A stretch of DNA of 64,000 bases from Macrostomum lignano (lineage: Eukaryota). The stretch is taken from assembly GCA_002269645.1 (NCBI GenBank), contig NIVC01000385.1:62001-126000 (forward strand). Direction: 5' to 3'. Of the stretch, positions 12,395-25,030 are shown piece by piece; positions within the stretch are counted from its first letter, which is position 1, and every line of letters starts with the position of its first letter. The translations under genes were made by a program, and so were the position numbers. The notes under the pieces were generated by a model. That model saw nothing but the letters and a program-made list of their open reading frames with translations, was not told where the DNA came from and made no database searches.

Positions 12395-14680
12395 CAGTTT
12401 ACACAGTGCAGCTTACACAATCTAGCTTGCACAGTGCAGCTTACACAGTGCAGCTTACACAATGCAGTTTACACAGTGCAGTTTACACAGTGCAGTTTAC
12501 ACAGTGCAGTTTACACAGTGCAGTTTACACAGTGCAGCTTACACAGTGCAGCTTACACAGTGCAGTTTACACAGTGCAGCTTACACAGTGCAGCTTACAC
12601 AATCTAGCTTACACAATCTAGCTTGCACAGTGCAGTTTACACAATGCAGCTTACACAATCTAGCTTGCACAGTGCAGTTTACACAATGCAGCTTACACAA
12701 TCTAGCTTGCACAGTGCAGTTTACACAATGCAGCTTACACAATCTAGCTTGCACAGTGCAGTTTACACAATGCAGCTTACACAATCTAGCTTGCACAGTG
12801 CAGTTTACACAATGCAGCTTACACAATCTAGCTTGCACAGTGCAGTTTACACAATGCAGCTTACACAATCTAGCTTGCACAGTGCAGTTTACACAATGCA
12901 GCTTACACAATCTAGCTTGCACAGTGCAGTTTACACAATGCAGCTTACACAATCTAGCTTGCACAGTGCAGTTTACACAATGCAGCTTACACAATCTAGC
13001 TTGCACAGTGCAGTTTACACAATGCAGCTTACACAATCTAGCTTGCACAGTGAAGTTTACACAATGCAGCTTACACAATCTAGCTTACACAGTGCAGTTT
13101 ACACAATGCAGCTTACACAATCTAGCTTACACAGTGCAGTTTACACAATGCAGCTTACACAATCTAGCTTGCACAGTGCAGCTTACACAATCTAGCTTGC
13201 ACAGTGCAGTTTACACAATGCAGCTTACACAATCTAGCTTGCACAGTGAAGTTTACACAATGCAGTTTACACAGTGCAGTTTACACAATGCAGTTTACAC
13301 AATGCAGTTTACACAGTGCAGTGTACACAATGCAGCTTACACAGTGCAGTTTACACAATGCAGTTTACACAATGCAGTGTACACAATGCAGCTTACACAA
13401 TGCAGTTTACACAATGCAGTTTACACAATGCAGTTTACACAGTGCAGTTTACACAATGCAGTTTACACAATGCAGTTTACACAGTGCAGCTTACACAATG
13501 CAGCTTACACAATGCAGCTTACACAATGCAGCTTACACAATGCAGCTTACACAATGCAGCTTACACAATCTAGCTTGCACAGTGCAGTTTACACAATGCA
13601 GCTTACACAATCTAGCTTGCACAATGCAGCTTACACAATCTAGCTTGCACAGTGCAGTTTACACAATGCAGCTTACACAATCTAGCTTGCACAGTGCAGT
13701 TTACACAATGCAGCTTACACAATCTAGCTTGCACAGTGAAGTTTACACAATGCAGCTTACACAATCTAGCTTACACAGTGCAGTTTACACAATGCAGCTT
13801 ACACAATCTAGCTTACACAGTGCAGTTTACACAATGCAGCTTACACAATCTAGCTTGCACAGTGCAGCTTACACAATCTAGCTTGCACAGTGCAGTTTAC
13901 ACAATGCAGCTTACACAATCTAGCTTGCACAGTGAAGTTTACACAATGCAGTTTACACAGTGCAGTTTACACAATGCAGTTTACACAATGCAGTTTACAC
14001 AGTGCAGTGTACACAATGCAGCTTACACAGTGCAGTTTACACAATGCAGTTTACACAATGCAGTGTACACAATGCAGCTTACACAATGCAGTTTACACAA
14101 TGCAGTTTACACAATGCAGTTTACACAGTGCAGCTTACACAGTGCAGTTTACACAATGCAGTTTACACAATGCAGTGTACACAATGCAGTTTACACAATG
14201 CAGTTTACACAATGCAGTTTACACAGTGCAGTTTACACAATGCAGTTTACACAATGCAGTTTACACAATGCAGCTTACACAATGCAGCTTACACAATGCA
14301 GCTTACACAATGCAGTTTACACAATGCAGCTTACACAATCTAGCTTGCACAGTGCAGTTTACACAATGCAGCTTACACAATCTAGCTTGCACAGTGCAGT
14401 TTACACAATGCAGCTTACACAATGCAGCTTACACAATCTAGCTTACACAGTGCAGCTTACACAATGCAGCTTACACAATGCAGTTTACACAATGCAGTTT
14501 ACACAGTGCAGTGTACACAATGCAGCTTACACAGTGCAGTTTACACAATGCAGCTTACACAATGCAGCTTACACAATGCAGCTTACACAATGCAGCTTAC
14601 ACAGTGCAGTTTACACAATGCAGTTTACACAGTGCAGTTTACACAATGCAGCTTACACAATGCAGCTTACACAGTGCAGC
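12395..14680. repeat. 14-bp minisatellite (~163 units) with 42-bp and 686-bp higher-order structure
   Basis: Monomers are TGCAGTTTACACAA/G, TGCAGCTTACACAA and TCTAGCTTGCACAG. A 42-bp trimer runs at ~12630-13050. Near-identical ORF translations are offset by 686 bp (13204/13890 and 13274/13960). Confidence 0.97.
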
Positions 14681-14691
14681 TCTTATTGTTC

Positions 14692-15492
14692 ATGCCGCGC
14701 AAGCGCCACCTCTCCGCCATTAATGGCGATGACGCTGTACCATCTTCGGCTGCCACAGCGCTGAAGGAGTCGGGTAATGTGCCAGTCTCTGCTCAGCAGC
14801 GGCAAAAGAAAGCTGTTGCCGGACGCAAGCGTCTGTCACAGGCGTCGGGAAACCGACGGCAGTCCATCTCCGTGAGCAGCGCCTGCGATGCCAATCGCTG
14901 TCTGTTGTGCTGGCAGGCGCCGCTGCCAGAAAAGGCAGATCTCAGCTGGCTTGACTTGCGCTGCGACTCCGCCTCGTCTGTGGCTGCCCACTATAAGTGT
15001 ATGCTGTTCGCCAGCGCTCTGCCCCAGCTCGCTGATCCTGATGATGAGGTTCAGCCTGCGAACTCGCTGGCCGGATTTGAATTGACCAGTCTAGAGCGCG
15101 AGGCTCGCAGGGGTCAGCGGCTCCGCTGTAGCCACTGTAGGCGCTGCGGTGCCACTGCCGGTTGCCAGGAGCCCCGCTGCTCACGCGGCTATCACCTGCC
15201 CTGCGCTAAGCATGCCGGGGCGCTGCTCATTCACGCCGGCTCCTTCGCTCTTCACTGCCCAGCGCATTGGCCACAGAAGCTTCTGGAAACCTTCAAGGAG
15301 CGGTGCGCCACGGTCCGCCTGCAGAGTCGGGAGCAGCCGGAAACAGCATTGCCAGCTGATAACTCCGAGCCAGTGGAACTTTCCTGCCCAGTCTGCTTGG
15401 AGCCTCTTCTTCTAGAGGCTGCTGATGCCTATCGCAATGTCGTGTTCGGTCTCTGCTGTCGGAATTGTTTCTGCCACCGGTCCTGTGCTCAG
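14692..15492 (+). CDS. PHF7: PHF7/G2E3-like (pineapple-eye-like) PHD/RING protein, exon 1
   Basis: ATG 14692 (MPRKRHLS). Extended PHD reads CLLC..HYKCMLFASALPQ..GF..EARRGQRLRCSHCRRCGATAGCQEPRCSRGYHLPCA..CPAH. RING reads CPVCLE..CC..HRSCAQ. Donor CAG|GTGTGC, phase 0. Confidence 0.88.
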
Positions 15493-15612
15493 GTGTGCTA
15501 CCTTGCAAATTTTTGCTGCCTACATTTTGTATCTATGCCTGTTGGGTTCCGTGCGGCCACGTTCATTTCTGCTTGTGTGTCCGAATATTGGCTGGGGTTG
15601 TGCGGTTCACAC

Positions 15613-15720
15613 CATTGAGGGCCAACCTCCAAGGCACAGAGGGTGTACAAGCTTGGCGATTAGATAGTCAGGGCCGCTGTACACCCTGTGAGAACGTTCG
15701 GATGACTGTGTACAGTATGT
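15613..15720 (+). mobile_element. Diverged SINE core fragment
   Basis: TTGAGGGCCAACCTCCAAGGCACAG..TGTACA..GTCAGGGCCGCTGTACACCCTGTG matches the reverse complement of the central part of the 3470 and 56567 SINEs. Confidence 0.65.
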
Positions 15721-15856
15721 GCTCAGGGGTGCTGACCAATTCGGCTACAGACATTCACCATGGACAAATTCTGTGAAAGCAAATTTGGCGACAAGAACAG
15801 TTTTGTATAATCCTATTAATTCAACCCATTCAGTGATATTAGTCAATACATAGGTC

Positions 15857-18800
15857 AGACAGTTGCTATGCCAAAACACCAGAAATGATGAATCACTGCT
15901 TGATTTTCCAGTTGTTTCGCTCTCAGACGCGGTCAGCTTGCATTAGTTAGACAGTTGCTATGCCAAAACACCAGAAATGATGAATCACTGCTTGATTTTC
16001 CAGTTGTTTCGCTCTCAGACGCGGTCAGCTTGCATTAGTTAGACAGTTGCTATGCCAAAACACCAGAAATGATGAATCACTGCTTGATTTTCCAGTTGTT
16101 TCGCTCTCAGACGCGGTCAGCTTGCATTAGTTAGACAGTTGCTATGCCAAAACACCAGAAATGATGACTCACTGCTTGATTTTCCAGTTGTTTCGCTCTC
16201 AGACGCGGTCAGCTTGCATTAGTTAGACAGTTGCTATGCCAAAACACCAGAAATGATGAATCACTGCTTGATTTTCCAGTTGTTTCGCTCTCAGACGCGG
16301 TCAGCTTGCATTAGTTAGACAGTTGCTATGCCAAAACACCAGAAATGATGACTCACTGCTTGATTTTCCAGTTGTTTCGCTCTCAGACGCGGTCAGCTTG
16401 CATTAGTTAGACAGTTGCTATGCCAAAACACCAGAAATGATGAATCACTGCTTGATTTTCCAGTTGTTTCGCTCTCAGACGCGGTCAGCTTGCATTAGTT
16501 AGACAGTTGCTATGCCAAAACACCAGAAATGATGACTCACTGCTTGATTTTCCAGTTGTTTCGCTCTCAGACGCGGTCAGCTTGCATTAGTTAGACAGTT
16601 GCTATACCAAAACACCAGAAATGATGAATCACTGCTTGATTTTCCAGTTGTTTCGCTCTCAGACGCGGTCAGCTTGCATTAGTTAGACAGTTGCTATGCC
16701 AAAACACCAGAAATGATGACTCACTGCTTGATTTTCCAGTTGTTTCGCTCTCAGACGCGGTCAGCTTGCATTAGTTAGACAGTTGCTATACCAAAACACC
16801 AGAAATGATGAATCACTGCTTGATTTTCCAGTTGTTTCGCTCTCAGACGCGGTCAGCTAGCATTAGTTAGACAGTTGCTATACCAAAACACCAGAAATGA
16901 TGAATCACTGCTTGATTTTCCAGTTGTTTCGCTCTCAGACGCGGTCAGCTTGCATTAGTTAGACAGTTGCTATACCAAAACACCAGAAATGATGACTCAC
17001 TGCTTGATTTTCCAGTTGTTTCGCTCTCAGACGCGGTCAGCTTGCATTAGTTAGACAGTTGCTATGCCAAAACACCAGAAATGATGACTCACTGCTTGAT
17101 TTTCCAGTTGTTTCGCTCTCAGACGCGGTCAGCTTGCATTAGTTAGACAGTTGCTATGCCAAAACACCAGAAATGATGAATCACTGCTTGATTTTCCAGT
17201 TGTTTCGCTCTCAATCGCGGTCAGCTTGCATTAGTTAGACAGTTGCTATGCCAAAACACCAGAAATGATGAATCACTGCTTGATTTTCCAGTTGTTTCGC
17301 TCTCAGACGCGGTCAGCTTGCATTAGTTAGACAGTTGCTATACCAAAACACCAGAAATGATGACTCACTGCTTGATTTTCCAGTTGTTTCGCTCTCAGAC
17401 GCGGTCAGCTTGCATTAGTTAGACAGTTGCTATGCCAAAACACCAGAAATGATGAATCACTGCTTGATTTTCCAGTTGTTTCGCTCTCAGACGCGGTCAG
17501 CTTGCATTAGTTAGACAGTTGCTATGCCAAAACACCAGAAATGATGAATCACTGCTTGATTTTCCAGTTGTTTCGCTCTCAGACGCGGTCAGCTTGCATT
17601 AGTTAGACAGTTGCTATGCCAAAACACCAGAAATTATGACTCACTGCTTGATTTTCCAGTTGTTTCGCTCTCAGACGCGGTCAGCTTGCATTAGTTAGAC
17701 AGTTGCTATGCCAAAACACCAGAAATGATGAATCACTGCTTGATTTTCCAGTTGTTTCGCTCTCAGACGCGGTCAGCTTGCATTAGTTAGACAGTTGCTA
17801 TGCCAAAATACCAGAAATGATGAATCACTGCTTGATTTTCCAGTTGTTTCGCTCTCAGACGCGGTCAGCTTGCATTAGTTAGACAGTTGCTATACCAAAA
17901 CACCAGAAATGATGAATCACTGCTTGATTTTCCAGTTGTTTCGCTCTCAGACGCGGTCAGCTTGCATTAGTTAGACAGTTGCTATGCCAAAACACCAGAA
18001 ATGATGAATCACTGCTTGATTTTCCAGTTGTTTCGCTCTCAGACGCGGTCAGCTTGCATTAGTTAGACAGTTGCTATACCAAAACACCAGAAATGATGAA
18101 TCACTGCTTGATTTTCCAGTTGTTTCGCTCTCAGACGCGGTCAGCTTGCATTAGTTAGACAGTTGCTATACCAAAACACCAGAAATGATGAATCACTGCT
18201 TGATTTTCCAGTTGTTTCGCTCTCAGACGCGGTCAGCTTGCATTAGTTAGACAGTTGCTATACCAAAACACCAGAAATGATGACTCACTGCTTGATTTTC
18301 CAGTTGTTTCGCTCTCAGACGCGGTCAGCTTGCATTAGTTAGACAGTTGCTATACCAAAACACCAGAAATGATGAATCACTGCTTGATTTTCCAGTTGTT
18401 TCGCTCTCAGACGCGGTCAGCTTGCATTAGTTAGACAGTTGCTATACCAAAACACCAGAAATGATGAATCACTGCTTGATTTTCCAGTTGTTTCGCTCTC
18501 AGACGCGGTCAGCTTGCATTAGTTAGACAGTTGCTATACCAAAACACCAGAAATGATGACTCACTGCTTGATTTTCCAGTTGTTTCGCTCTCAGACGCGG
18601 TCAGCTTGCATTAGTTAGACAGTTGCTATGCCAAAACACCAGAAATGATGACTCACTGCTTGATTTTCCAGTTGTTTCGCTCTCAGACGCGGTCAGCTTG
18701 CATTAGTTAGACAGTTGCTATGCCAAAACACCAGAAATGATGACTCACTGCTTGATTTTCCAGTTGTTTCGCTCTCAGACGCGGTCAGCTTGCATTAGTT

Positions 18801-21590
18801 AGACAGTTGCTATGCCAAAACACCAGAAATGATGAATCACTGCTTGATTTTCCAGTTTTTTCGCTCTCAATCGCGGTCAGCTTGCATTAGTTAGACAGTT
18901 GCTATGCCAAAACACCAGAAATGATGAATCACTGCTTGATTTTCCAGTTGTTTCGCTCTCAGACGCGGTCAGCTTGCATTAGTTAGACAGTTGCTATACC
19001 AAAACACCAGAAATGATGACTCACTGCTTGATTTTCCAGTTGTTTCGCTCTCAGACGCGGTCAGCTTGCATTAGTTAGACAGTTGCTATGCCAAAACACC
19101 AGAAATGATGAATCACTGCTTGATTTTCCAGTTGTTTCGCTCTCAGACGCGGTCAGCTTGCATTAGTTAGACAGTTGCTATGCCAAAACACCAGAAATGA
19201 TGACTCACTGCTTGATTTTCCAGTTGTTTCGCTCTCAGACGCGGTCAGCTTGCATTAGTTAGACAGTTGCTATGCCAAAACACCAGAAATGATGACTCAC
19301 TGCTTGATTTTCCAGTTGTTTCGCTCTCAGACGCGGTCAGCTTGCATTAGTTAGACAGTTGCTATGCCAAAACACCAGAAATGATGAATCACTGCTTGAT
19401 TTTCCAGTTGTTTCGCTCTCAGACGCGGTCAGCTTGCATTAGTTAGACAGTTGCTATGCCAAAACACCAGAAATGATGAATCACTGCTTGATTTTCCAGT
19501 TGTTTCGCTCTCAGACGCGGTCAGCTTGCATTAGTTAGACAGTTGCTATACCAAAACACCAGAAATGATGAATCACTGCTTGATTTTCCAGTTGTTTCGC
19601 TCTCAGACGCGGTCAGCTTGCATTAGTTAGACAGTTGCTATGCCAAAACACCAGAAATGATGACTCACTGCTTGATTTTCCAGTTGTTTCGCTCTCAGAC
19701 GCGGTCAGCTTGCATTAGTTAGACAGTTGCTATACCAAAACACCAGAAATGATGAATCACTGCTTGATTTTCCAGTTGTTTCGCTCTCAGACGCGGTCAG
19801 CTTGCATTAGTTAGACAGTTGCTATGCCAAAACACCAGAAATGATGAATCACTGCTTGATTTTCCAGTTGTTTCGCTCTCAGACGCGGTCAGCTTGCATT
19901 AGTTAGACAGTTGCTATACCAAAACACCAGAAATGATGACTCACTGCTTGATTTTCCAGTTGTTTCGCTCTCAGACGCGGTCAGCTTGCATTAGTTAGAC
20001 AGTTGCTATACCAAAACACCAGAAATGATGAATCACTGCTTGATTTTCCAGTTGTTTCGCTCTCAGACGCGGTCAGCTTGCATTAGTTAGACAGTTGCTA
20101 TACCAAAACACCAGAAATGATGAATCACTGCTTGATTTTCCAGTTGTTTCGCTCTCAGACGCGGTCAGCTTGCATTAGTTAGACAGTTGCTATACCAAAA
20201 CACCAGAAATGATGAATCACTGCTTGATTTTCCAGTTGTTTCGCTCTCAGACGCGGTCAGCTTGCATTAGTTAGACAGTTGCTATGCCAAAACACCAGAA
20301 ATGATGAATCACTGCTTGATTTTCCAGTTGTTTCGCTCTCAGACGCGGTCAGCTTGCATTAGTTAGACAGTTGCTATACCAAAACACCAGAAATGATGAA
20401 TCACTGCTTGATTTTCCAGTTGTTTCGCTCTCAGACGCGGTCAGCTTGCATTAGTTAGACAGTTGCTATACCAAAACACCAGAAATGATGAATCACTGCT
20501 TGATTTTCCAGTTGTTTCGCTCTCAGACGCGGTCAGCTTGCATTAGTTAGACAGTTGCTATGCCAAAACACCAGAAATGATGAATCACTGCTTGATTTTC
20601 CAGTTGTTTCGCTCTCAGACGCGGTCAGCTTGCATTAGTTAGACAGTTGCTATGCCAAAACACCAGAAATGATGAATCACTGCTTGATTTTCCAGTTGTT
20701 TCGCTCTCAGACGCGGTCAGCTTGCATTAGTTAGACAGTTGCTATACCAAAACACCAGAAATGATGAATCACTGCTTGATTTTCCAGTTGTTTCGCTCTC
20801 AGACGCGGTCAGCTTGCATTAGTTAGACAGTTGCTATGCCAAAACACCAGAAATGATGAATCACTGCTTGATTTTCCAGTTGTTTCGCTCTCAATCGCGG
20901 TCAGCTTGCATTAGTTAGACAGTTGCTATGCCAAAACACCAGAAATGATGAATCACTGCTTGATTTTCCAGTTGTTTCGCTCTCAGACGCGGTCAGCTTG
21001 CATTAGTTAGACAGTTGCTATACCAAAACACCAGAAATGATGAATCACTGCTTGATTTTCCAGTTGTTTCGCTCTCAGACGCGGTCAGCTTGCATTAGTT
21101 AGACAGTTGCTATGCCAAAACACCAGAAATGATGACTCACTGCTTGATTTTCCAGTTGTTTCGCTCTCAGACGCGGTCAGCTTGCATTAGTTAGACAGTT
21201 GCTATGCCAAAACACCAGAAATGATGACTCACTGCTTGATTTTCCAGTTGTTTCGCTCTCAGACGCGGTCAGCTTGCATTAGTTAGACAGTTGCTATGCC
21301 AAAACACCAGAAATGATGAATCACTGCTTGATTTTCCAGTTGTTTCGCTCTCAGACGCGGTCAGCTTGCATTAGTTAGACAGTTGCTATGCCAAAACACC
21401 AGAAATGATGAATCACTGCTTGATTTTCCAGTTGTTTCGCTCTCAGACGCGGTCAGCTTGCATTAGTTAGACAGTTGCTATGCCAAAACACCAGAAATGA
21501 TGAATCACTGCTTGATTTTCCAGTTGTTTCGCTCTCAGACGCGGTCAGCTTGCATTAGTTAGACAGTTGCTATGCCAAAACACCAGAAAT
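15857..21590. repeat. 92-bp tandem satellite, 62 full units plus 30 bp, filling the PHF7-like intron
   Basis: The unit starts AGACAGTTGCTATGCC at 15857 and 15949, and the last start is 21561 (5704 = 62 x 92). Units are nearly identical and there are no spacers. Confidence 0.98.
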
Positions 21591-21625
21591 AAAGCACTGA
21601 GAAATACGATTTGCCAATCCCGCAG

Positions 21626-22108
21626 GCCTACGCCAACTCAGCCGGTAGTCACTTTATCAAGTGTCCCCTGTGCGCCAACACTGAGAAGTTCAGGGACGCC
21701 TTGCTGGATCAGGGCATCGAGATTCCGTGTCGCGATGCCAGTTGGGAGCTCGACGAAAACGCCTACGCGTCCCACCGCTACCGACCGCGCCTATGCAGCC
21801 ACCCGGACTGTCCGGACCCGGAGGTGGACCATTACGGCGTGTGGCTGCTGAAAATCTGCTACGTGTGCGGCGCCGATGCTCGTCACGTGACCTGCGCTGG
21901 TATGAAAACTGGGCGCCACCGGTACTGCTGTCAGACCTGCACTGCTGCCATCGGCCCCGCTGCCGGCCCTTCACGCAGCCGTAGGCCGCACGGCGGTCCG
22001 AGCTCTGCCAGCTGCGGCCCCCCAGATCAAGGCGATGTTAGTTTCGATTCTGACGTCAGGGCGACTATGGCGGACGTGCTTGATGTTGTTGAGTCCAGTG
22101 ACACCTGA
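21626..22108 (+). CDS. PHF7: PHF7/G2E3-like protein, exon 2 (no HECT domain)
   Basis: CCGCAG| acceptor, phase 0. Splicing joins CAQ to AYANSAGSHFIKCPLCANTEKF..GIEIPCRDASWE, the G2E3/PHF7 signature, followed by a third PHD (CYVCG..HVTC..CQTC) and TGA at 22106. Confidence 0.88.
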   Translation, partial: AYANSAGSHFIKCPLCANTEKFRDALLDQGIEIPCRDASWELDENAYASHRYRPRLCSHPDCPDPEVDHYGVWLLKICYVCGADARHVTCAGMKTGRHRYCCQTCTAAIGPAAGPSRSRRPHGGPSSASCGPPDQGDVSFDSDVRATMADVLDVVESSDT

Positions 22109-23759
22109 GTAGATTTCTGTTCACCTTGGTGCTTCAGTGCTTGGGGTTTGAGCTGCCAAAGTGTTTCCCTAACATTTTTATAGCTTTGAGAACGCTGAAT
22201 CCATATTTGATTTCCAACGTGTTAAAGCTTCTCGGCTTTTTGCGGGTTTCGCTAAGCCAAATTGCGACTTCAATATTAATTGAACACGTTAATAAAACGT
22301 TCAGCGTTGATAATGTATTTTTATTGTCGAATCCCAGGTGCTTAATTAAAGAGCACACTATGATTGGCCAGCGTAGTTCACTTTACCTTGAGCATTTATT
22401 GCCTCATTAATGGGAGAAAATTGATTTAAGCATTGAACCGATGCCGCAATTAATGTATCTGTTTAAAAGTTTTGCTACTAATAATTTAAGCAGTTCAGCA
22501 TTTTAATTCAATACAATTGTCACTGGCTATTTTCATCTGTATTTGCATCCAATGTTTATCTCTTCATTTATGCCTACTTGTGCTTATACGAGTGCTATGT
22601 TTTCTTTGTGGCTTTGATTTCAAACGGAAATGTACTTCTCAATCGCTCAATAAAATGCTGAGCACCTTACATCAATCCCGTGTGTGTTGTGTTCAATTTT
22701 CTACTTCTATAGCGAATTATTAGTTTTACTGTGCAAAAATTAGTATCATCTTTTCATGTTAACCATCATTTAGTTCCTGCCAATTTCTAAAGTAATTATT
22801 TACTCAAAAATATATAAGAAAACTTAAGTGCATGTTTATTTTTTGACAACCAAAATTTACTCTATTTTGCTATGTAGTTTTTGCTTTAATGCAATACCTC
22901 GCCCTCAATTCCGTTTATCATGTAGCAATTCTACTTGTACTTGAATTAATACGATCGGGAAAATATCCATGGGCAATTTGAATCTTTGAATATTGCGCGT
23001 GCCTCATCAACTGAAAGCAGTTTGGAGTCCATGCTTTCCTGTTGTACCACGCGCAGAGGTAGCTGGCGCACATGTTAGCACAAGGTTTAAGCTAGTGACT
23101 AAGAAATGTTTCTGATCAGCAAGTCATGCCTACATTTTCTGCTGTTAGGGTGTGCGTGAACCCCCTCATTTGATCAGAATCAGGCACCATATTCAGGACA
23201 TTATTAAGATGAACATCGTGTCTAACTGCGACTGTTACCTGTCTGAACAATACACCAACTGCACTGGATTCGCAACTGACTGACAAACAATAGCGCACGC
23301 ACACAGTGCTTAAGCTGAACAGGCATGTTTTACTACATCGATAGCACTACTTTGATAGCCGGTTAATTGCGTTATTAGAGTTGCAATCTTGCTGATGAGC
23401 GTTATCTGTGCTTGCTAAATTATTTGCCGGGTTTGCAGTGACATTTAATCGTGAAAGACAGACTGACATTTTCAGGCCCTATAAAGCTGCGATGAAGTGC
23501 TGCTACTCAACTTTGTGTTTGTTCTTGCTGCGGAGCGTGCTACATACATGTATGGATATTAGTATTAATATAATAATCTCCTCTTTACAGCTTACCCCTG
23601 GTAGATATTGTACTTTTATAGAAACCATACAATACAGTAACAGACTTACGCAAAAAATAGCTAGCAGCATTGGTAGATGCTAACTGGCTTAGAATTTCAT
23701 AAAGTATATTGGATTTTAATATACACTCGTACAAGCGTATAAAGATGTACTAAACATGT

Positions 23760-25030
23760 AGACACGAACTCGGGGATTTTATGCCAAGCGATCAAAGAGG
23801 CTATCTCGCGAGGCGGAGGCTCTGGCGGCTGTCTAAAGGGCCACTATTGACGACACCATCCAGGCCGTCACCGCCGCTGGACCCGACGCCAAATGGCGCG
23901 TGGCCTGGTGGTACACCAACGCTATGAGCGGGCGGAAGCGGCGCATCCTGCTCAACCGGGCTGGCGAAACTCTGGATAAGCGCAGAAATGAGCTGATCGA
24001 GTTCTTCGCCGCCATCGTCAACGCGCCGCTCCCCCCGCTGCCAAATGATCTGAGGCTGCAGCCGGGGCACCGTTGCCGGCAGAGGAGAGTTTCAGTGTAG
24101 CAACAGTCAGCACAGCCGACGTTGTGATGCTCACCCCAAAAACTCTGGGCAGCCAGAAGCCAGATCAGGTGCCAGAGCAGCTGATTTACGCTGTCATGGC
24201 TCTTTATCACGGCACGATCGAGCGCTGCTGTTCTGACACCGGACGGCCTGTCTAATTTCTTGAGACATCCTCCGGGGTGCTTCAGGGATACGTTTGCGCC
24301 GTTCCTGTTTGTTCTGGTGCTTGACTGGGTGCTGTGGACTGCTCTCCCTTCTAACGACGACGACGGCTTCCTACTGCAGCGACGCGTGGGTCGACGCCAA
24401 CAGGAGAGGCGGCTCAGTGTGCTTGGCTACGCCAACGAACTCGCCCAGCTGTCCTCGACCGTCGAAGTCGCCCAGCGCCAGCTGGACCCGCTGGTAAGCG
24501 TTGCGGCGAGCGTCGGCTTGGTGGTCAACGCGCAGAAAACCGTCGTGCTCTGTGTGCCGGATGACATTGAGGCTGCTTTTTTTCTGCTGAAGCGCTGACG
24601 GGCAGGTGAAGAGACTTCCAGTCAGCATTCGTCTACCACGGCGGTCTGGTGCCCGACGTTCGCAAGGATCTGCGACGTCGCCGTGGACTTGCCTGGACTG
24701 CCTTTTGTTCTGTGAGGGCAGTCCTGCAGTTCGAGGCCCTGCTTGACCGCCAGAGGGCGGCGTTGTTCCAGGCGGTAATCGAGACCGTCCTGTTGTACGA
24801 CGCCGAGACCTGGACGCTGACGGATTCGCTCGAACAGCAGGTCGATGCAGCGCCGCCTTCAAGATCGGCTACGAGCGAGTCACCAATGTGGCACTCTATC
24901 GCTGCAACGGCCTGTTCCGTCCCACCTGTTGCGCCGTCGGCGACTCTAGCTGGCAGGCCATTTCATCGAAGCCGAGTACTGCTCACTGCTAACGCTGCAG
25001 GCGAGAAAACTGATTGGGGTAGCTTTAATC
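23760..25030 (+). mobile_element. RTE-clade-like non-LTR retrotransposon relic (reverse transcriptase pseudogene)
   Basis: Fragments read VPEQLIYAVMALYHGT, SGVLQG..APFLFVLVLDWV, LGYANELAQLS (degenerate YADD), VGLVVNAQKT, ETVLLYDAETWTLT and RRRRL*LAGH. Stops, frameshifts and internal deletions are present. Confidence 0.85.

Noticed and set aside
12406-14764. Long repetitive ORFs (QFTQCSLH...)
   Set aside because: They are by-products of the 14-bp repeat and open in several frames. The real CDS most plausibly starts at 14692.
15857-21590. CRISPR array
   Set aside because: Units are contiguous and near-identical with no unique spacers, there are no cas genes, and the context is a eukaryotic intron.
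15857-21590. C/D snoRNA cluster or hammerhead retrozyme array
   Set aside because: A box-C-like ATGATGA is present, but there is no CTGA box D on that strand. The minus-strand CTGAGAGCGAAAC lacks the CUGANGA core and stem II.
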